Shown here in pieces: positions 58,487 to 64,000 of a DNA stretch of 64,000 nucleotides. The stretch spans positions 3,433 to 67,432 of the forward strand of contig NZ_JADZBI010000137.1 of assembly GCF_020852195.1 (NCBI RefSeq), written 5' to 3'. Positions within the stretch are counted from its first letter, which is position 1. Each line of letters starts with the position of its first letter. Position numbers and translations under genes: made by a program. The notes beneath the pieces were generated by a model. The model searched no databases. It had not been told where the DNA came from and saw nothing but the letters and a program-made list of their open reading frames with translations. This stretch comes from Hyphomicrobium sp. (GTDB lineage: Bacteria > Pseudomonadota > Alphaproteobacteria > Rhizobiales > Hyphomicrobiaceae).

Positions 58487-58939
58487 ATGATCTCACGTTT
58501 CGGGCTCGCGGCCGTCGCCGCTCTGCTGCTCGCTGCACCGTTCGCCGGCTCCGCCTCGGCCGAGGAGATCGAGGTGAAGATGCTGAACAACAACGGCAAG
58601 GGCAAGTTCATGCTGTTCGAGCCGGAGGTCATCAAGGCGAAGGTCGGCGACACCGTCAAGTTCATTCCGACCAATAAGGGCCACAACGCGGAGATGATCC
58701 CCGACCTGTGGCCCGAGGGCGCAGCCGAGTTCAAGGGCAAGCTCAACGAGGAGATCGTGCTCACGATCGAGAAGCCCGGCGTCTATGGAATCAAGTGCCT
58801 CCCGCATTATCCGATGGGCATGATCGCGCTCGTCGTCGCGGGCGACGAACTGCCCAACAAGGGCCAGCTCGATACCTACAAGCCGTCTGGCACGGCGCAG
58901 AAGCGCTACGATGCGCTCAAGGAGCAGGTCGGCCAGTAA
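58487..58939 (+). CDS. Pseudoazurin (type 1 blue copper protein)
   Basis: Signal peptide, VKMLN, FEP, GDTVKF, GHN (His ligand) and CLPHYPMGM (Cys, His, Met ligands). AAGGAGG RBS. Confidence 0.93.
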   Translation: MISRFGLAAVAALLLAAPFAGSASAEEIEVKMLNNNGKGKFMLFEPEVIKAKVGDTVKFIPTNKGHNAEMIPDLWPEGAAEFKGKLNEEIVLTIEKPGVYGIKCLPHYPMGMIALVVAGDELPNKGQLDTYKPSGTAQKRYDALKEQVGQ

Positions 58940-58970
58940 GCGAACACGCTATGATCGGCCGTGCGGCCGG

Positions 58971-60953
58971 TCAGTAGGCCGGCGGCTCGTCGAACGATGC
59001 GATTGCCCGGGGCTCCGCCTCGGGCAATTCCTGTTTGACGGTACGGTCGGGCGAGGCGCCGGAGCCGGCTTCCAACGCCGCGGCCAGCTCCTCGCGGGCC
59101 TTTTCGGCCTGGCGCTGGCGATTCCAGAGGCTGGCGTAGAGGCCGCCTCTCGAGATCAACTCCGCGTGCGTACCCTGCTCGACGAGGCGGCCCTTGTCGA
59201 GCACGATGATGCTGTCGGCATGCACGATGGTCGACAGGCGATGCGCGATGACCAGAGTCGTGCGGTCGGCGGCGACGCGGTCGAGCGCGTCCTGGATCTC
59301 CTTCTCGGTGTGGCTGTCGAGGGCGCTCGTCGCCTCGTCGAGCATCAGGATCGGCGGTCCCTTGAGCAGCGTGCGCGCGATGGCGACGCGCTGCTTCTCG
59401 CCGCCCGACAGCTTCAATCCGCGCTCGCCGACCATGGTCTTGTAGCCCTGCGGCAGTGCGGCGATGAAGCGGTCGATCTGGGCGAGGCGCGCGGCCTCCT
59501 CAACCTCCGCATCGGTGGCGTCGGGGCGTCCGTAGCGGATGTTGTAGAGGATCGTGTCGTTGAACAGCACGGTGTCCTGCGGGACCACGCCGATGGCGCG
59601 GCGCAGGGACTGCTGGGTGACGTCGCGGATGTCGTGGCCGTCGACGGTCACCGCGCCGTGCTCGATGTCGTAGAAACGAAACAGGATGCGCGAAATGGTG
59701 GATTTGCCCGCGCCCGAGGGGCCGACGATGGCGACCATCTTACCGGCCGGGACCTCGAACGAGATATCGTGTAGGATCGTGCGCTCGGCATCGTAGGAGA
59801 ACGAGACGCGATCGAAGCGCACCGTGCCCTCGCGTACGACGAGCGGCTTCGCACCCGGCTTGTCCTCGACCTCCGGCTTCTCGGCCAGAAGCGCGAACAT
59901 GGTCTCGAGGTCGACAAGGCCCTGCTTGATCTCGCGGTAGACCATGCCCATGAAGTGCAGCGGCTGATAGAGCTGGATCATGACGGCGTTGATCAGCACG
60001 AAATCGCCGACGGTGTGCGTGCCCGCCATCACCCCGCGGGCGGCGAGCCACATCACGAGCGTCATGCCGGCCGTGAAGATCACAGCCTGCCCCGAGTTCA
60101 GCACGCCGAGCGAGTAGTAGGTCTTGACGGCGGCCTTCTCGTAGCGGGCCATCGATGCGTCGTAGCGGCGCGCCTCGGCCTCCTCGTTGCCGAAGTATTT
60201 CACGGTCTCGAAGTTGAGCAGGCTGTCGATGGCCTTGGTGTTGGCCTCGGTGTCGCTCTCGTTCATCTCGCGGCGGATGGCGATGCGCCGCTCCGAGGCC
60301 CAGAACGTGAACCACATGTAGAGGGCGATGGTCGCGACCAGGATCACGACGTAGGTCCAGTCGAAATAGTACACGAGCAACCCCGCGACCAGGACCATCT
60401 CGACCACGGTCGGCGCGAGCTGCATCACACCCATGCGCACGATGAGATCGATGCCGCGCGTGCCGCGCTCGATCACGCGCGAGAGACCGCCCGTGCGGCG
60501 CTCGAGGTGGAAGCGCAAGGATAGCTTGTGCAGATGGCGGAAGGTGCGGTTGTTGAGCTCGCGGATGGCGTGCTGGCCGACGCGCGTGAAAAGCACGTCG
60601 CGGACCTGGTTCAGCACCATCATGACGACGCGGCCCGCGCCGTAGGCAACGATCAGCATGGCGACGCCGAACGCGAGGCTCTTGGCGGCAGCTTCGGGAC
60701 CGGATAGGTCGGACGCGAGCCAATCGGTCGCCCACTTGAAGGCGACCGGCACGACGACGGTGACGCACTTCGCCAGCACGAGCACGACGAAGGCGGCGGC
60801 GACCTCGGCGCGCAGATCGGGGCGACCCGCGGGCCAGATGAGCGGCAACAGGCTCCTCAGCACGGCCCAATGGCTGACCTCGGTCGAGAGGCCGAGCAGA
60901 TCCGGCCGCTCGCTGCGGCTTGCCGAGGAGGTCGCAATGTTCGTCGGTCTCAT
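58971..60953 (-). CDS. Atm1/HMT1-like ABCB exporter
   Basis: LSLRFHLERRTGGLSRVIERG, DSLLNFETVKYF, GPSGAGKST and LSGGEKQRVAIAR. Confidence 0.93.
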   Translation of the reverse strand: MRPTNIATSSASRSERPDLLGLSTEVSHWAVLRSLLPLIWPAGRPDLRAEVAAAFVVLVLAKCVTVVVPVAFKWATDWLASDLSGPEAAAKSLAFGVAMLIVAYGAGRVVMMVLNQVRDVLFTRVGQHAIRELNNRTFRHLHKLSLRFHLERRTGGLSRVIERGTRGIDLIVRMGVMQLAPTVVEMVLVAGLLVYYFDWTYVVILVATIALYMWFTFWASERRIAIRREMNESDTEANTKAIDSLLNFETVKYFGNEEAEARRYDASMARYEKAAVKTYYSLGVLNSGQAVIFTAGMTLVMWLAARGVMAGTHTVGDFVLINAVMIQLYQPLHFMGMVYREIKQGLVDLETMFALLAEKPEVEDKPGAKPLVVREGTVRFDRVSFSYDAERTILHDISFEVPAGKMVAIVGPSGAGKSTISRILFRFYDIEHGAVTVDGHDIRDVTQQSLRRAIGVVPQDTVLFNDTILYNIRYGRPDATDAEVEEAARLAQIDRFIAALPQGYKTMVGERGLKLSGGEKQRVAIARTLLKGPPILMLDEATSALDSHTEKEIQDALDRVAADRTTLVIAHRLSTIVHADSIIVLDKGRLVEQGTHAELISRGGLYASLWNRQRQAEKAREELAAALEAGSGASPDRTVKQELPEAEPRAIASFDEPPAY

Positions 60954-61059
60954 GTCTCGCTAGGAACCCCGTGCGCGTGCTCCGCCATCCAATCGCTACC
61001 GATACGCACGGGATGGCAGGATGGAGCAGGCGGGTGTTTAGCGTGGCCTGCTCGCGACC

Positions 61060-62877
61060 TCAATGGCGGGCATGCGGCACGCGCAACACCTGGCACGGAA
61101 AGATCCGGTCCGGATTGCGGATTTTCTTGCGATTGGCGGCGGAGATCTGCTTGTAGCGCGCACCCTTGCCGAGGTAGCGGCGCGCGATGCCCCATAGCGT
61201 GTCGCCCGGCCTGACGACGTGCACCCGCTTGCCGTGGGCACGTGCGCACGCCTTGCGTTTGCAGTGGACCTTGTCGGCGTGGCGGCGCCATTTGTAGACC
61301 TTGGTCTTCGTCGCCTTGCGCGCGGAGCGGACATGCTTCTTCGGCCGTGCGGACTCGCGCGGCGCCGCGTCCGTCGCCGCGAGCTTGCGGGGCCGGCGTG
61401 TTTCCGCCGCCGGCCGGGTGGCCGTTTCCGAGGCTTTGCGCGTGGCGTCGGACCTCGGCTCGGCACGCGCCTCGGCATCGGCGGACGCGATCTCGGGCGG
61501 TCGTCTCCCGGTCTTCGCGGTTTCCGGCTCAGCCGTCCTAGGCACCTCTGCGGCCTTGGCCTCCGCGGCACGATCCTTCTCGTCGGTCTTGGCCTCGGCC
61601 AGGGGCTGCGCCTCCACCTTCCGCGCTGCCTCTGGCTCGGCCACTTTGCGGGCCTCCTCTGCGGCCTTGGCTTCCGCGACGCGCCGGTCCTCGGCCGCCT
61701 TGGCTTCGGCTACGCGCTGCTCCTCAGCCTTCCGAGCCGCCGCTGCATCGGCTGCTTTGCGAGCCTCCTCCGCGGCTTTAGCCTGCGCGACGCGCCGGTC
61801 CTCGGTCGCCTTGGCTTCGGCCAGGCGCTGCTCCTCGGCCTTCCGAGCCGCCTCTGCGTCGGCTGCTTCGCGGGCCTCCTCTGCGGCCTTGGCCTCCGCG
61901 GCGCGCCGTTCTTCCTCAACCGCTTTGGCTTCTGCCAAGCGTTGCTGCTCGGCCGCCTTGGCATCCGCGCGCCTAGCGGCGGCGGCGCCAGTCACAGCCT
62001 TGAGGGCCGCCCCGGCGCTCTGCGCGGCATCGGCGGCGAGCGCCTTACGCGTCGCCTCCGTCCTCTTCGTCGTGTCGAGCTTCTCCAGCTCCTCGAGCCG
62101 CTTCAGGCCCTCCTCAATGCGCCGGTCCAGCTCCTCCTTGAGTTTCTTCAGCTCCGCCTTGCGCGCCTCGGCACGCCGGCGCTCCGCCTCGGCCGCACTC
62201 GCTTCGGCAGCGCTCTTGCGCTCGGCCTCCGCACGCGCGGCCTCCGCCGCTGCCTCATCGGCGCGCTCGACGGCTTCTTTCCAGTCAGCCTCCGCCTTGC
62301 GGCGCGCATCGACGAACGCCTTTGCGTCGCGCGCCGTCTGGTCGGCCATCAGCGTGACGGACGAGTAAGCGAGATCCAGCGGCGGCAGCCCTGCCATTCG
62401 CGACAACTGCTCGATCCAGTACACAACGTAGATCAGCGCCGCATCCACGGCGGCCCTAAGCGAATCCACGAAGCCAGGCGCGGGCAGCTCGACCGGCTCC
62501 TCCTCTGCCTCGACCGCAACCTCGGCCTCCGCGTAGCGGGGGACCGACAGTTTGCGGGCCACATCAGACTGATAGGTGATTGCGGCCTGCTCCAGCCATT
62601 TCGTCAGCGCGTCGGGAACCGACGCACCTGGATCTGGATCGGGCGCGGACCGGCTTTCGACAGGTGTTTCGTCCTTGCGCGGCGCCGAAGCGTCCGTTTC
62701 CGCCATGACGAGGCTCAACATGCACAGGACGAGGAGCGGCGCAGATGCGCACACCGCGGTCACTGCCTTCAGCAGCCAATCCCACATGGATCCCGTCACG
62801 CCCACCTTACTCGAGCCCCTCGCCGCACTCCGGCGCCCCTGGGTCCCCAGGTTAGATACTTGCGCGCCGCCGGGCAA
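61060..62877 (-). CDS. LysM peptidoglycan-binding protein with a long Ala/Glu/Lys helical repeat stalk; start uncertain (62787-62877)
   Basis: N-terminal hydrophobic anchor, an AEK-rich region and C-terminal HVVRPGDTLWGIARRYLGKG...NPDRIFPCQVL LysM. Confidence 0.85.
   Translation of the reverse strand: MPGGAQVSNLGTQGRRSAARGSSKVGVTGSMWDWLLKAVTAVCASAPLLVLCMLSLVMAETDASAPRKDETPVESRSAPDPDPGASVPDALTKWLEQAAITYQSDVARKLSVPRYAEAEVAVEAEEEPVELPAPGFVDSLRAAVDAALIYVVYWIEQLSRMAGLPPLDLAYSSVTLMADQTARDAKAFVDARRKAEADWKEAVERADEAAAEAARAEAERKSAAEASAAEAERRRAEARKAELKKLKEELDRRIEEGLKRLEELEKLDTTKRTEATRKALAADAAQSAGAALKAVTGAAAARRADAKAAEQQRLAEAKAVEEERRAAEAKAAEEAREAADAEAARKAEEQRLAEAKATEDRRVAQAKAAEEARKAADAAAARKAEEQRVAEAKAAEDRRVAEAKAAEEARKVAEPEAARKVEAQPLAEAKTDEKDRAAEAKAAEVPRTAEPETAKTGRRPPEIASADAEARAEPRSDATRKASETATRPAAETRRPRKLAATDAAPRESARPKKHVRSARKATKTKVYKWRRHADKVHCKRKACARAHGKRVHVVRPGDTLWGIARRYLGKGARYKQISAANRKKIRNPDRIFPCQVLRVPHARH
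61513..61950 (-). repeat. Four in-frame tandem repeats of about 111 bp (37 aa) in the LysM gene
   Basis: Units start at 61950, 61836, 61725 and 61614 (E.QRLAEAKA.EDRRVAEAKAAEEARKAA..EAARKA). Confidence 0.85.
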
Positions 62878-63031
62878 ACGCCTTTGCAGTCTTTCTTAAG
62901 CCGGACAGACGGTTGCCCCCGGCCGTTCACCCCATTTGGAGCCGCGGCATTGGCAGACGCGCCGGGGACCCCCATCTTAAGGCAAAGACCTATGTCATAG
63001 TTTTCACTTCGACCTCGATTAAGGACTTGGC

Positions 63032-63739
63032 TTGAACCGTACGACGTCTACCCCCTCACCGACCTCCAAATCCATGCGCAAAAGCCGTTCACGAGCTACC
63101 GCACCGCAGCATCTCAACGGCGCGCCGCAAGCGCTCGCCCCCGGCGGCTCCGTGCGCAGTATTTGCGTCTACTGCGGCTCGGGCCCGGGCGAAAATCCGG
63201 CCTACGCCCAGGCGGCGCGCACGCTCGGCCGCGCGCTGGCGGAAAACGGCGTGCGGCTCGTCTACGGCGGTGGCGGGTTCGGCCTCATGGGCGAGGTGGC
63301 GCGGGCCACGCTGGAGGCCGGTGGCAAGGTTACCGGCATCATTCCGGAGTTCCTGGTCGAGCGCGAGCACATGCTGCGCGAGGTCACGGACCTGCTCGTG
63401 ACGGCGGACATGCACCAGCGCAAGAAGCTGATGTTCGAGCGCTCGGATGCCTTCGTCGCACTGCCCGGTGGCATCGGCACCCTCGAGGAGCTGGTGGAGC
63501 AGCTTACGTGGGCGCAGCTCGGCCAGCACAGCAAGCCAATCGTGGTGGCCAACATCGCTCATTTCTGGACGCCCTTCCTCAGCCTGCTCGATCATATGCG
63601 CAACGAGGCGTTCATCCGGCGCGGGCTCGAGGTGCCGTTCAGCATGGTCTCGGATGCGAGCCAGATCGTGCCGCGCGTGACGCAGCTTTACGCGGAGCTG
63701 GGCGGAAAGGTCGCGCCGGGGGCACTGGCCAAGTTCTAG
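63032..63739 (+). CDS. LOG family (TIGR00730) nucleotide phosphoribohydrolase
   Basis: ICVYCGS, LVYGGG, GLMG, MHQRK and PGGIGTLEE. Confidence 0.93.
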   Translation: MNRTTSTPSPTSKSMRKSRSRATAPQHLNGAPQALAPGGSVRSICVYCGSGPGENPAYAQAARTLGRALAENGVRLVYGGGGFGLMGEVARATLEAGGKVTGIIPEFLVEREHMLREVTDLLVTADMHQRKKLMFERSDAFVALPGGIGTLEELVEQLTWAQLGQHSKPIVVANIAHFWTPFLSLLDHMRNEAFIRRGLEVPFSMVSDASQIVPRVTQLYAELGGKVAPGALAKF

Positions 63740-63813
63740 CACCTAGGCTGCTTACAAGGCTTTAGATTGTCTGCGTTTTCTTTGAGAGCCGCGGTGCCAG
63801 CCGGTTTCCTGCT

Positions 63814-63838
63814 GGAACCGGCGGCGCGCTTTCTCGTT
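63814..63838 (+). promoter_or_regulatory. EcfG-type general stress promoter
   Basis: Exact GGAAC-N16-CGTT match about 70 nt upstream of ATG 63909. Confidence 0.6.
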
Positions 63839-63908
63839 TGATCCCAGGACTTCCGATGGCCCCAATCGCGGACCATCCTGGCGGGATCGGACAGCCCAGG
63901 AGGCCGCC

Positions 63909-64000
63909 ATGCCGTTTGTCGCTCTCGCCGTTGCCCTGCTCGTTATGTCTAGCGCACCGGATCAGATGTCGACACCGGTGCAGGCCGCGCAGGCGAGCGT
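63909..64000 (+). CDS. Start of a secreted protein, 3'-truncated by the window edge
   Basis: GGAGG RBS and MPFVALAVALLVMSSA signal-peptide-like start. Confidence 0.55.
   Translation, partial: MPFVALAVALLVMSSAPDQMSTPVQAAQAS

Noticed and set aside
61513-61950. CRISPR array
   Set aside because: The only tandem repeats are in-frame coding repeats without unique spacers, and no cas genes are in the window.
61219-63000. Long ORFs antisense to or out of frame with real genes (for example 61219-63000, 6353-8251, 18745-20367, 37574-39028, 46304-48238, 27954-30299)
   Set aside because: These are shadow ORFs typical of high-GC DNA. They overlap well-supported genes and carry no recognisable motifs.

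Overview
High-GC chromosomal window from an alphaproteobacterial methylotroph (Hyphomicrobiales, probably Hyphomicrobiaceae-like; inferred from the fhcBADC operon, the PqqA sequence and gene order). In order it holds: the H4MPT formyltransferase/hydrolase operon fhcBADC; a copper-uptake operon (DUF2946, TonB receptor, accessory protein, YcnI-PCuAC fusion); an isolated pqqA; leuA with a Leu-rich leader peptide; tRNA-Lys(CUU); heme uptake genes (hmuTUV, an IsdG/HmuQ-type monooxygenase and a probable hutX stub); a general-stress cluster with several EcfG-type promoters (membrane-anchored trehalose-6-P synthase, Ku, split LigD, small proteins); an ABC exporter with an unannotated leader peptide; a c-di-GMP gene pair; ilvC/ilvH/ilvI; miaA/serB; pseudoazurin; an Atm1-like ABC transporter; a LysM repeat protein and a LOG protein. 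I saw no CRISPR array, integrase or transposase. The most unusual element is a gene inserted between miaA and serB (54715-56181). It looks like an inward-rectifier (KirBac-like) channel with a degenerate selectivity filter, fused to a gamma-glutamylcyclotransferase domain, and the two halves differ in GC content. Other strong leads are the R-M-R leader peptide upstream of the ABC exporter, a secreted six-cysteine miniprotein, a secreted protein translationally coupled inside ilvI-ilvH, and an amber codon next to the catalytic Cys of a YiiX-like amidase. All family calls come from motif recognition by eye; no database search was run.
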